Source: Candidatus Bathyarchaeota archaeon (lineage in GTDB: Archaea; Thermoproteota; Bathyarchaeia; Bathyarchaeales; Bathycorpusculaceae). From it: a stretch of DNA of 64,000 nucleotides. The position numbers and the translations under genes are program-made. Where the stretch lies: assembly GCA_963811105.1 (NCBI GenBank), contig CAWEPZ010000011.1, positions 480,001-544,000 of the forward strand, read 5' to 3'. The stretch's first letter is position 1; each line of letters starts with the position of its first letter. A model generated the notes under the pieces. It was not told the origin of the DNA. It saw only the letters and a program-made list of their open reading frames with translations, and searched no databases. Shown here piece by piece: positions 20,579 to 30,302 of this stretch.

Positions 20579-22072
20579 TTAAGCACTTGCAGAATAGTTG
20601 TATATAGCGATATTTCCGCTATTGTAAAGTTCTTTAAACGATTCAGGCAGAGTTGTTTGACCATACCACCCGGTTCCATTAACCCACCAAATTAAGTATA
20701 ACTCGTTTGAAGATTTGCTATTCTCCTGCGCTGCTTTAGCTGGGTCTTGAAAACCATAATTTATCAATCGGCTACTATCAACGATGTATGTTGCCCAACC
20801 ATAAAATGCAGCATGGGTAAGTAGAGATGCATGACTCGGCATGTTGTTTCGGGTCCAAACCAATGCGTTATTTGTGTCTTGGCAGTCGCTTAATTGTATT
20901 GTATTTTGCAGCATAGATTTAGGTACATATGATGGATAACTACCGAAATAATTAAGCGCACCACTGTTCGGAAAAACCAAAAAACCGGCACTTAAAATCG
21001 CTATGATAAAGGCAACTGCGACTTTATACCAGCTCCATTTCACCGCGCAAAGACCTTCTGCAGCGTAAAAGGCTAATGGAAAAATCAACAGTAGTATCCA
21101 CCGGTAAGGCAAAATGCCGCCAATAAAGAAAGCGTTAGGAATAAAAGCAAACAATATCGGAATAAAAAGCCAGACAATCCAAGCCTTAAGTTGAAAATTG
21201 CTTTTAAATCGCCTAAAACCGAATGCCAAGAATGGTAAAAGTGGAAGATAGCAAAAGGCAAGAAAACCCCAAGTATTAAAAACCAAATTAGAGTATGACG
21301 CACTGGCAAGAGACTCAAATCCAGATGAAAAATTCCCCGAAAAACCTAAGGCAGGAATCGAACTTGTAACAAATGTTGAATACAATACGCCTAAAAATAA
21401 AAGTGCTGCAGGTACAGAAAAACCAGCAATTTTAATTATTTCAGTTTTCTTCTTGGAAAAAGCTAAGCGTGCAATCGTAGCAACAATTATAGCAAACACG
21501 ACAATCGTAACCAATTGATGGGAAAAAACAATTAAAACCAAAAGTACAGATAGAAAAATGCCGTTCCTTAAGGAGACTGGCTTTTTCTGAAGCAAGATTA
21601 AAGCTAAAAACAAAAATATGAGCGCGAGTTCACTTCGAAACATGTCCCAAGAAATTCTTAGCGCCACAAAATACAAAGTTGCAAAAGGAACTGCAAGCAG
21701 GCTTTTTTTGTAAGACCAAGACAGACTTTTGTTGGCATAAAAGAAAATGGCGAGCCCTAAAAAGCCTAAAAGCATGGGAGGAAGGATTTTAAGTAATATA
21801 ACAATTGGGGCTCCAGCAGAAGTGAGGCCCAATAACAGTAGATAAAATAGGGGAGCAGACGATAAAAAAGGCCAAAGATTCACGCCGTTTTTCAGCCAAA
21901 TAAGTGTGTTAGGCATGTAATAGCCCACTGAATCAAACCCAACTAGAAATTGACCCATCAAAATTTCAGGAATAGCTCTGACTATGAAAGGTATGGCAAA
22001 TGCCAAAATAATAATAATAGTTTTACTATTTCGCTCAATCCATTTTTTTAGATTGTTTGGAGCTTTAATCAC
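20579..22072 (-). CDS. Polytopic GT-C-like membrane protein
   Basis: About 12 TM segments; VGFDSVGYY after TM1; PYRW; soluble C-terminal domain. Confidence 0.65.
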   Translation of the reverse strand: MIKAPNNLKKWIERNSKTIIIILAFAIPFIVRAIPEILMGQFLVGFDSVGYYMPNTLIWLKNGVNLWPFLSSAPLFYLLLLGLTSAGAPIVILLKILPPMLLGFLGLAIFFYANKSLSWSYKKSLLAVPFATLYFVALRISWDMFRSELALIFLFLALILLQKKPVSLRNGIFLSVLLVLIVFSHQLVTIVVFAIIVATIARLAFSKKKTEIIKIAGFSVPAALLFLGVLYSTFVTSSIPALGFSGNFSSGFESLASASYSNLVFNTWGFLAFCYLPLLPFLAFGFRRFKSNFQLKAWIVWLFIPILFAFIPNAFFIGGILPYRWILLLIFPLAFYAAEGLCAVKWSWYKVAVAFIIAILSAGFLVFPNSGALNYFGSYPSYVPKSMLQNTIQLSDCQDTNNALVWTRNNMPSHASLLTHAAFYGWATYIVDSSRLINYGFQDPAKAAQENSKSSNELYLIWWVNGTGWYGQTTLPESFKELYNSGNIAIYNYSASA

Positions 22073-22251
22073 TTTTATTCTCCGGTCTTGGGCAAACTAG
22101 AGTAATTAATCTGTTGTTTGCAAGCCTAAATGGCTTGCGCTTATAAAAACAATTATGGAAGTTCTATGATTACAAGGAGCCTATGAATTTGGCCAGACTC
22201 TATCGAATTGAAGAGCTATCAAGAATCTTGACAGGTTATGTACAAAAGTAT

Positions 22252-23493
22252 CTAGTTAGCTGCTAAGTTAGGGGTTATAAATCCTTTTTTATCCGTTTTG
22301 CTCCATACCCTTTTCTGTCTGAATATTAGTTTTACGAAAGCCCAACCTGCAATGACGACCTGAAGAACCCAATAAATGTAAATCGACGGTATCCAGAGAA
22401 TATTTTTAACTTTAATTGGCCGCTCAGATGCAGCTAAAGCTATCCCAACTGAAACTAGGGAGATCGCAGTTAAAGCTATCACGAGTCCTGTTAAACTTAT
22501 CAGTGGATTGCTTTCGGAGAGAAATAAAGCGATAAAAAACCAGTTTATGTAGCTGAGCAAAGATACAACCATCATGAAAGGCCCAGCAAGAGAAATTTCT
22601 GCATCCATTGTCTTCTTATTTAAATTATCTAGCAGACGCCCATATTTCAGAGCTGTTTCCATATATCCCCTGTACCAACGAACCCGCTGCTTGAATAGAT
22701 CACCTAAATTGTTTGGTGTTTCCTGCCCTGAACTTACGTCTGGGGCATATTTTATTATATGATTTTTCTCAACTATCCGTAATGCTAATTCTACGTCTTC
22801 GGTAAGAGAAGTTGCATCCCACCCGCCTAACTCGTCCAAGACGTTTCGTCTTACGAATTGGCAACTTCCATTTAAGGGAATAAACAGCTGGAGGTCTTCC
22901 CTTCCTTTTAGCAAAGCTTGAAACCAAGCTTTCTCCTCCATTGCTATAACCCGTGTTAGAATGTTCCTTCTCTCATTCAACGAAGTTGTCGTTCCTTGAA
23001 CAGCCATTATTTTCTTATCATTAAAGTAAGACGCCACTTTTTTTAATGCATTTCTTTCGGGAAGACTGTCCGCGTCAAAGACACCAACTATTTCCCCAGT
23101 CACGTGAGGCAGTGCAAGGTTAAGTGCGGCTGGCTTACCTTTGGCTCCTTGATTTTCACTAATTAAGCTGAAAACCTGGGAATATTTCTCTATAAAATCA
23201 GAGCAAACGGTGCGTGTGGAGTCACTGGAATTTCCGTCAACTATTATTATTTGCATTTTATCAGTTGGATAATCTAGATTAAGAAGCCCGTTTAAACAGC
23301 GACCAATAACAACCTCTTCATTTTTGGTTGGTACCAGAATTGAAATCTTTGGAAGCTCCTCCTTATTTTCACTCTCATTTGTAAAATGCTTTTTCTTGCT
23401 TCTAATGCCTACCCATATGATTGATCCGTTGTATGCCGTCCAAAAAAGCATAATCGAAAGCAGAATGCCTGTGATAAAATCGGTAATTATCAT
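22252..23493 (-). CDS. Processive-type GT2 (cellulose synthase/PgaC-like)
   Basis: D,D,D,QxxRW pattern: DGNSSD, FDAD, TED, QRVRW; TM helices. Confidence 0.9.
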   Translation of the reverse strand: MIITDFITGILLSIMLFWTAYNGSIIWVGIRSKKKHFTNESENKEELPKISILVPTKNEEVVIGRCLNGLLNLDYPTDKMQIIIVDGNSSDSTRTVCSDFIEKYSQVFSLISENQGAKGKPAALNLALPHVTGEIVGVFDADSLPERNALKKVASYFNDKKIMAVQGTTTSLNERRNILTRVIAMEEKAWFQALLKGREDLQLFIPLNGSCQFVRRNVLDELGGWDATSLTEDVELALRIVEKNHIIKYAPDVSSGQETPNNLGDLFKQRVRWYRGYMETALKYGRLLDNLNKKTMDAEISLAGPFMMVVSLLSYINWFFIALFLSESNPLISLTGLVIALTAISLVSVGIALAASERPIKVKNILWIPSIYIYWVLQVVIAGWAFVKLIFRQKRVWSKTDKKGFITPNLAAN

Positions 23494-23652
23494 TTAGATC
23501 CTGCCCCCAATTAGCGAGTCTGTATCTCTAAGTATTTGAGCTAGAAGAGATGCTGCTGACAAATTGATAAAAGAGATGCTAGTAATAGCCTGAAATCTTA
23601 TCAGATCATTTTTCCAGAGGAAAGAAGGACCCATTTTTATTACAGCAAACAT
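23494..23652 (-). CDS. Possible 52-aa ORF directly upstream of the GT2
   Basis: MFAVIKMGPSFLWKND...GGRI*; its TAA is immediately followed by the GT2 ATG. Confidence 0.3.
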   Translation of the reverse strand: MFAVIKMGPSFLWKNDLIRFQAITSISFINLSAASLLAQILRDTDSLIGGRI

Positions 23653-23946
23653 AGTTGTTCTCAGACTTTTTAAGTCTTGTCACGCTCAATCACATTTATA
23701 ATCAAGCAATACTCTAAACAGGTTACAATAAAAAAGTATCTGAATAAAACCGTTCTTATAAAAAAATAGAAAGTAGCTTGTTGTGATTAATGAAAATACA
23801 ACACTTTTCTATCGGAATCTTCCACGTTTTCATAAGAAAACTCTCACTTGCCTGCAAAAACAGGTTTATTTTAGAAAACATGTACAAAACATTCATACAT
23901 AAAAAACCTTAAAGGAGGCAAATGATTTCTTTTTGTTTGGAAAATT

Positions 23947-24870
23947 ATGCCAAGATACTTCTTGTTGCTGCTTCTGTTTTCAACCTTGTTTTTGCCAGCT
24001 GCTAGTTTTGCGTTAAATCTAGTTCATGCGCAGAGTGAAGACAATTATACTCTTCAGATTCAAGGAATCGCCTGGAATCGAAGCAACTTGAATGTTCTTC
24101 TCACAACTCCAAATAATGTATCTTGGTGGGATCCCAGTTTCCTCAATTCAACTCTTCGTGCTATTGGTCAATGGAATGATGCGATTAGTGACTTTGTATA
24201 CAATTACTCATCTTATGCATATCTTTCTAACCTTAAAATGCAACCAACTGTTTCGAATCAATCAGAAACTGGTTTTGACATATACATTAACTGGACTGAA
24301 ACGTCCTTAGAAAGCAACTCTAATGAAATAGGGCTCGAAACAGCAACGATTGAAAGCAACGCTATATTGTTCTGCAACATTAGTCTCGCTGCTCACACAA
24401 GCCATGGAAACTCGTTGAACGACATTGATATGCAGAATATTGCCCTTCATGAATTAGGGCATAGTCTTGGTTTAGGACACAGCAATTATACCTCTGACAT
24501 CATGTATCCGGTATATACGTTGCTGAGCCCACCAAAATTAATTTCAACTCTGGACGTCTATGGGGTAGCCGTTGTTTTTGCTTGGATGCAGAATTTTGTC
24601 AGTTTCTACCCAGTGGAACAATGGCTTCAAACAAGCCAGGTTTCTTCACCGACCGATATTTCATATAATGACTTTCCAGTTTCCTCTCAAAACGCCAGCC
24701 CTCAAACGTTAGCCAATAATCCAGCCATTGAAACTTTGACTTTAATGGCTGAAATTCTTCTGCATCCTGAAATTTTATCTATTGTCATATTGTTTATTGT
24801 AGCGTTGTTTATTATTGCAATTATTCCATCAAAACGCAAAAGAAAACAGGCATCTACGGCTGTTTCATAA
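23947..24870 (+). CDS. Matrixin-family (M10) zinc metalloprotease, secreted with C-terminal membrane anchor
   Basis: Signal peptide, HELGHSLGLGH, Met-turn IMYP, C-terminal TM and basic tail. Confidence 0.88.
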   Translation: MPRYFLLLLLFSTLFLPAASFALNLVHAQSEDNYTLQIQGIAWNRSNLNVLLTTPNNVSWWDPSFLNSTLRAIGQWNDAISDFVYNYSSYAYLSNLKMQPTVSNQSETGFDIYINWTETSLESNSNEIGLETATIESNAILFCNISLAAHTSHGNSLNDIDMQNIALHELGHSLGLGHSNYTSDIMYPVYTLLSPPKLISTLDVYGVAVVFAWMQNFVSFYPVEQWLQTSQVSSPTDISYNDFPVSSQNASPQTLANNPAIETLTLMAEILLHPEILSIVILFIVALFIIAIIPSKRKRKQASTAVS

Positions 24871-25480
24871 ATTCTATAAAATCCTCAAGGTTTCTGGGCT
24901 GTAATGTATAATTTGATTTTCTTTCTTCCCCAAGAGTTGACCAAGGCGTTAATCCATAATCATGCCCCGGGTAAACCTCCAAGGCATCATCAAGTCTCAA
25001 GAGCTTATGAAACAGACTATTATACATGCTTTTTGAGCTGCCCCCTGAAAAATCGGTTCTTCCACATTCGCCTACAAATAACGTGTCACCCGTCAATAGT
25101 TTTTTGTCATCAACCAGTAAGCAAATACTGTCCAACGAGTGCCCAGGAGTATAAATTATCTTAAATAAGACATTGCCAATATTCAAAGCGTCTCCGTCTT
25201 CAACTGGGAGGTCAAAGTTAACTTTTGAGAGTTTATACGCAACTATTTTGGCTCCAAAAATAGAACGCAACTCAAGGTTACCAGCGGTATGATCAGAGTG
25301 CCCATGAGTATTAATGACGTATTTCAGATCGAAAGCTTTAGCTTTTATTATTTTGATAATCTCACTAGCATTAAAGCTTGAATCCACAACTGCCGCTTCT
25401 TTCGTGTTTTCATCCGCCATAATGTATGAAAAATTGTCGCCGTGCTGCTGTATTTGCTTAAGATACACATATATCCCCAC
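24854..25480 (-). CDS. MBL-fold metallohydrolase (glyoxalase II/ETHE1-like)
   Basis: THGHSDH, TPGH, GDTLF..CGRTD, YPGHDY. Confidence 0.9.
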   Translation of the reverse strand: MGIYVYLKQIQQHGDNFSYIMADENTKEAAVVDSSFNASEIIKIIKAKAFDLKYVINTHGHSDHTAGNLELRSIFGAKIVAYKLSKVNFDLPVEDGDALNIGNVLFKIIYTPGHSLDSICLLVDDKKLLTGDTLFVGECGRTDFSGGSSKSMYNSLFHKLLRLDDALEVYPGHDYGLTPWSTLGEERKSNYTLQPRNLEDFIEFMKQP

Positions 25481-25505
25481 TTTGTTCTGTCAATAAAATA
25501 TAATC

Positions 25506-26249
25506 TTACACTAATAGCTTAAAAAGCAAATCTACATCTGAGGGAGGAAAACCTGAGTAATATTTGCCGAAATACCCGAAGACTTCCATTTGCTTGTTGA
25601 GGTAAGGTTTTATTCTGTCTGCCCATAGACTAAGATTCGTTGTCGTGTCAGCTTCTATTTTGCCTAATGTACCGCTGACTTTTTTCCGGTCCCCCTCCAA
25701 CCTGATATACAAAAAGTCAGAAGTTGCTTTTTCTATTGTGGGCATATTTGGGCTGTCAACCCATGCCAAAGCAACTTTGTTAGTTTGCAAAATTGAATAA
25801 AACTCTTCTTTTAGAAATTCTTCATCCCTTATCTCAACAACATAACAGTTCGATTTCGGAAGTTTCTCCAAAAAAATAGCTAAATCGGGCAAGTGTTCAG
25901 TTCCAAAATTAGGTGGGAACTGCAGCAGCAAAGGTCCAAGCTTTTGCCCGAGTAATTTTGCTCTGTCAAGAAAAACGTCAGTTTCACCTTGGCAATCTTT
26001 GAGCATTTTTATGTGGGTAATGATTCGCGGAAACTTTAGCGAAAAGATGAAACCATCTGATGTTTGTTTTTTCCAGTTGGTTATCGCTTGTGGAGTTGGG
26101 ATTCGATAGAATGTGCTGTCAACTTCTACTGTGCTGAATTTGGTTGAGTAGTAATTCAAAAATTTTTCGGAATCCATTCTATTGGGGTAAAAGTTGCCTT
26201 TCCAGAAATTGTAGCTCCAGCCTATTGTGCCCAAATGAAGCTTATCCAT
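25506..26249 (-). CDS. DUF72 (YecE/YunF) family protein
   Basis: GTIGWSY, TVEVDSTFYRIP, KLGPLLLQFPP, YIRLEG. Confidence 0.92.
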   Translation of the reverse strand: MDKLHLGTIGWSYNFWKGNFYPNRMDSEKFLNYYSTKFSTVEVDSTFYRIPTPQAITNWKKQTSDGFIFSLKFPRIITHIKMLKDCQGETDVFLDRAKLLGQKLGPLLLQFPPNFGTEHLPDLAIFLEKLPKSNCYVVEIRDEEFLKEEFYSILQTNKVALAWVDSPNMPTIEKATSDFLYIRLEGDRKKVSGTLGKIEADTTTNLSLWADRIKPYLNKQMEVFGYFGKYYSGFPPSDVDLLFKLLV

Positions 26250-26250
26250 G

Positions 26251-27678
26251 TTATTCTTTTCCTTTTAACATAAGCCATGATTTGCCGTCTTTAGCTGTCT
26301 TGAGCCGCACCAGAATGTAACGTCCTTTGAGTCGTTGACCATAAAGCGTAACTTCAATTTTGTCGTTATCCCAAAATTTTGTTTCATAATGACCATTATC
26401 CCAGATTTTCACCGTTCCGGCGCCATATTGTCCCTTAGGTATTGTTCCTTCAAAGCTGGCGTATTCATACGGGTGGTCCTCAGTTTCCACGGCTAAATGT
26501 TTTTGGCTATTGTCTTCAGGTATCCCTTTCGGGACAGCCCAACTCTTTAGAACACCACCGCTTTCAAGTCTGAAGTCATAGTGAAGTCTTCTCGCATGAT
26601 GCTCTTGAATAACAAAAATTGTCTTCTCATCCTTTTCTTCTCCGCCTTTGGGTTCAGGGGTCTGCTTAAAATTGCGTTTTAATTCATATTCAGAAAGACT
26701 AGCCCCTGCATCCTTTTCCACCTTTTTGTCTTCAATTATCTGGTCCATTGTACACTCTGCTGGTTTTTTATCAGTTCTTAATTGTTTGAAGCGTGGCATT
26801 CTTAACCGAGCATCCCCTGTAACAACTTGATAACCAACTTCGCAAACCAGCTCGGGCTTAAGCCAAGTTACCGTTTCCATGTTCTTGACACCAAATGGAG
26901 CAACATCAGTTTTCAGTTCTTCAAATTTGTTCATCAAAATTCTAAGAGTCTCTTCCGTAAAACCTGTCCCCACCTTGCCCACATAAACTGGTTTACCGCT
27001 TTTGTCATAAAGCCCCAAGATTAAAGCTCCTAAAGTTTTTTCTCGCGTTTGCTTTCCTCTTGTATAGCCGAAAATTACGCAGTCGCAAGTTTTTATTTTC
27101 TTAATTTTCAACCAGCTCCCTGTTCGCAAACCTTCTTCATAGTGGCTATCTTTCTTTTTCGCTACCACGCCTTCCAAGCCTCTTTCTAAAACCAGCTTGT
27201 AATACGCCTCGCCTTTCTCTTCAATATAATCGGAAAGAAGCACATGCGATCCTTCTTTTAAGGAATCTTTCAAAGTTTGTTTTCGTTCCATCAGCGTTAA
27301 GTTCGTAAGTGGTTTCCCATCCTTTTCTAAAACATCAAAAACAATGTAAGTTGCGGGTGCTCGATTAGATTGCCTTTGAATTTCGCTATCTGAAACAGCC
27401 TGGCCGCGTTCGAGAAGAGTTTCGAAGTCAGGTTTGCCCTCGGTCATCACAACAATTTCACCGTCAACAACTAAGGTATTAGCCAACTCTGTTAGCTCTT
27501 TTAATTCTGGAAAACTGTGTTTTAATTCTTTTTCATTGCGACTTTTCAAGCTTAACTGTGTGCCAATGTAGGCTATGGCTCTAAAGCCGTCCCATTTTAT
27601 CTCGAAAATCCAGTCTTTATTAGAAAAAGCTTCCGCGACAACTTTTGCAAGCATTGGCTTGTAAATGTGGCGGTTCAT
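26251..27678 (-). CDS. ligD: LigD ATP-dependent ligase domain fused to a C-terminal 3'-phosphoesterase (PE) domain
   Basis: EIKWDGFR, EGVVAKK, WLKIK, GKVGTGF; PE: YELKRNFKQTPEP, QEHHARRLHYDFRLE, SWAVPKG, TEDHP..Y. Confidence 0.93.
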   Translation of the reverse strand: MNRHIYKPMLAKVVAEAFSNKDWIFEIKWDGFRAIAYIGTQLSLKSRNEKELKHSFPELKELTELANTLVVDGEIVVMTEGKPDFETLLERGQAVSDSEIQRQSNRAPATYIVFDVLEKDGKPLTNLTLMERKQTLKDSLKEGSHVLLSDYIEEKGEAYYKLVLERGLEGVVAKKKDSHYEEGLRTGSWLKIKKIKTCDCVIFGYTRGKQTREKTLGALILGLYDKSGKPVYVGKVGTGFTEETLRILMNKFEELKTDVAPFGVKNMETVTWLKPELVCEVGYQVVTGDARLRMPRFKQLRTDKKPAECTMDQIIEDKKVEKDAGASLSEYELKRNFKQTPEPKGGEEKDEKTIFVIQEHHARRLHYDFRLESGGVLKSWAVPKGIPEDNSQKHLAVETEDHPYEYASFEGTIPKGQYGAGTVKIWDNGHYETKFWDNDKIEVTLYGQRLKGRYILVRLKTAKDGKSWLMLKGKE

Positions 27679-28502
27679 TTCTGCTCCAACTGCTTAAGAG
27701 TTTCTCGTAGAGCAACCATGAGGCTTTTAGCTTCTATTTCCGGTGGTTTTTCTATGTGTATTTTTTCGCCTTTAACTTTTTGCGCGATTAATTCTTCCAC
27801 TCTTTTCATGTATGTGTCTTCAAACTCACCTATGTCAAAGTCACCTGAGAGGTCGGTGACTATTTTGACTGCCATGTCTAATTCGGCTTTTTGCGGTTCC
27901 TTCAATTTTCCCAGGTCTTCAAAATCTTGCGGATCAACAACATCGTAAGAATAACGTAAGGTCGTTAGAACTAATGAGCCTTTATAGGCATGCAATAATG
28001 CAGGGTACTCTTTGGTTCTAAGTGTTATTCTTGCAGCGCCTGCTTTGTTTTTTCTTTCAAGCGCCGCCAATAATAGACTGTACGATTCCTTGTTTTTATC
28101 AGGCATTAAAGCGTAAGTTTTGTCAAAGTAAATTGGATCAACGGAGAAGTAATCAACAAATTTGCTGATTCGGATGCGGTTGTCGGATTCCGGTTTTGCA
28201 GCGTCTAACTCTGCCTTTTCCAACGTTACATACTCGTTTTTTGAGACTTCATATCCTCGGATAACTTCGTTCCAAGGGACTATCTTGTCGTCTTTAGTGC
28301 ACATTTTAACGTATTTTAAGGGTTGACCGTCAGTTCTATGTAAAAAATGGAAAGCGATGCCTTTATCATAAATCATTGAATACAACTTAACTGGAACATT
28401 AACCAAACCTATTGTTATGCTGCCTGACCAGATTGACCTTCGAGGGGCTTGGGCACTCACCTTTTTAGTTTCGTTTTTCTCAACATTTTTCTGCGTCATC
28501 AT
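27675..28502 (-). CDS. ku: Ku DNA end-binding protein
   Basis: RSIWSGSITIGLVNVPVKLY, RGYE, PIYFDKTY, FEDTY, LMVALRETL. Confidence 0.95.
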   Translation of the reverse strand: MMTQKNVEKNETKKVSAQAPRRSIWSGSITIGLVNVPVKLYSMIYDKGIAFHFLHRTDGQPLKYVKMCTKDDKIVPWNEVIRGYEVSKNEYVTLEKAELDAAKPESDNRIRISKFVDYFSVDPIYFDKTYALMPDKNKESYSLLLAALERKNKAGAARITLRTKEYPALLHAYKGSLVLTTLRYSYDVVDPQDFEDLGKLKEPQKAELDMAVKIVTDLSGDFDIGEFEDTYMKRVEELIAQKVKGEKIHIEKPPEIEAKSLMVALRETLKQLEQK

Positions 28503-29377
28503 TAAATCTCCAATTTACATGCTTTTTCAAAAAGGTTCTTCCACGGATCTCCTTTTCGCTCAACTACACTAAAAATATTGAACTCGGAGGGGTTTATTCC
28601 TTTCTTTACTTCACTCCACTCTAAAGGCGCAGAAACAGTTGCTTCTGGCGTTGGTCGAAGACTGTAAGGAACCACCATTGTTCTCATGGGAGAATTCTGC
28701 AGATAATCAGCGAAAACTTTGCCCGGTTTCTTAGTGTCTTTAAACTCGGAGACAATTAGATCGCTATCCTTTGCCAATTGGATTCCGATTTGATGTACAA
28801 AAGCTCTTACTACTTCGAAAGTATGTTCAGGAACTATGGGAATTACAACATGAAGCCCCTTTTTGCCTGAAGTCTTGATGAAAGGGGTAAGTCCTAAATC
28901 GATAAGCTTTTCTTTTAGCGAAAGCGAGACCTCTGCGGCATCGCCTAACGTTGCCGGTGGTTCAGGGTCAACATCAAAAAAAAGTAAATCAGGTTGGTCT
29001 AATTGATCAACCCTTGAGAAGGGCATATGAATTTCCAGTGCTGCCATGTTTGCAAGCCAAATAAGTGTGTCTAAGTCATTGCAAACGATGTAGTGGACAT
29101 CTCTTTTGGACGTTGTAGAGTAAATCGTTTTTGTTCTAGCCCATTGTGGTGTTCCTTGAGGGGCGTTTTTTTCAAAGAAACTCTCTTTGGCGCCTTCAAT
29201 GCCTTCAGGATATCTTGTTAACACTAAAGGTCTGTCTTTGATAACGGGTAGAATTTTGGGTGCCATTTTTATGTAGTATTCAACTACCTGGCCTTTCGTT
29301 ATCTTGATTTTTGGGTAGAAAATCTTATCCAGATTCGTAAGCTTGACCTTTGTTAATTCGTTTAGGTCGTCCGTCAT
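28502..29377 (-). CDS. ligD: Stand-alone LigD polymerase (AEP primase-polymerase) domain
   Basis: LTNLDKIFYP, RYPEGI, FFEKN, FFDVDPE, KTSGKKGLH, DYLQN, PYSLR. Confidence 0.93.
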   Translation of the reverse strand: MTDDLNELTKVKLTNLDKIFYPKIKITKGQVVEYYIKMAPKILPVIKDRPLVLTRYPEGIEGAKESFFEKNAPQGTPQWARTKTIYSTTSKRDVHYIVCNDLDTLIWLANMAALEIHMPFSRVDQLDQPDLLFFDVDPEPPATLGDAAEVSLSLKEKLIDLGLTPFIKTSGKKGLHVVIPIVPEHTFEVVRAFVHQIGIQLAKDSDLIVSEFKDTKKPGKVFADYLQNSPMRTMVVPYSLRPTPEATVSAPLEWSEVKKGINPSEFNIFSVVERKGDPWKNLFEKACKLEI

Positions 29378-29517
29378 AAATTTGCACCTAATCTCTTAAT
29401 TCGTTAGAGCGTTATGGAATTAATGTGATTTCTAGTTTTTTTCCTTTTTGGAAATAGAATGGTTAGTATCAAAACTTGTAAAATCGATTGTTAAAAGAGG
29501 AATTTTTTGTAGCTAAA

Positions 29518-29553
29518 CCTATATACTTAACACGTTACTATTAGTAATTGTTA
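29518..29553. promoter_or_regulatory. TATA-like box and adjacent palindrome in the divergent ligD/RPA intergenic region
   Basis: CCTATATAC followed by TTACTA-T-TAGTAA (29535-29547) flanked by TAACA/TGTTA. Confidence 0.3.
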
Positions 29554-29644
29554 GAAATAATTAAAAAAAAGTGAATTTTGGTACCCATAGTTTGCTTTTT
29601 TAAAGATTATTCGCTAGATAGAGAAGAAGGGAAGAAGAATAGTA

Positions 29645-30280
29645 ATGAAATCAAAAAAGCCGACACTGGAGGATCAGCTTTCTGTTCTTTCAGCTCAGCA
29701 TAACATTTACCCTACAGAATTGTTCCATGCTCTAGTTCAATCAAAAGAGCAAGGTAAATCAATGATGTGTGAAGACATAACTGTTGAATACCGTGGAAGT
29801 GTAAACAAACAAGCTATTTTCCTCATAACCAAGGCTAGTAAAGTAGTAGCCCAATTCCGAGTTCCTGAAGAAACGCTTTTGCAAAAGGACATTTCATTTG
29901 AAAGTGCGATGGATACGAACAGAGTTCGTAAAGAGATAGCAAAACAGCATCCAGCTCCGGCTCATTCAAAGATTGAGGATTTACATGTAGGTATGAAAAA
30001 AGTGAATATAATTGCACAAGTCTTGGAAACTTCTGAGCCGTCAAAGGTTCATACTCAATTTAGAGATAACGCACTTGTAACTAACGCATGGATTGGAGAT
30101 GAGACAGGAAAAATTATGCTTTGTCTTTGGGACCAACAAGTAAATGCAGTAGCATTAGGCGACTCGATAGAAGTGAAGAATGCCCACGTGGCTACATTTA
30201 AAGGTGAAAAGCAACTGCGACTTGGGAAGAATGGGTCAGTAATAGTGCTAGAGAAACCCTTACAAACTGAGACGGCATAA
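29645..30280 (+). CDS. Single OB-fold ssDNA-binding (RPA/SSB-like) protein with unknown N-terminal domain
   Basis: KIEDLHVGMKKVNI, GDETGKIMLCLW, NAHVATFKGEKQLRLG. Confidence 0.85.
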   Translation: MKSKKPTLEDQLSVLSAQHNIYPTELFHALVQSKEQGKSMMCEDITVEYRGSVNKQAIFLITKASKVVAQFRVPEETLLQKDISFESAMDTNRVRKEIAKQHPAPAHSKIEDLHVGMKKVNIIAQVLETSEPSKVHTQFRDNALVTNAWIGDETGKIMLCLWDQQVNAVALGDSIEVKNAHVATFKGEKQLRLGKNGSVIVLEKPLQTETA

Positions 30281-30302
30281 ACCATATTTTTCTGTTGAAA
30301 AA

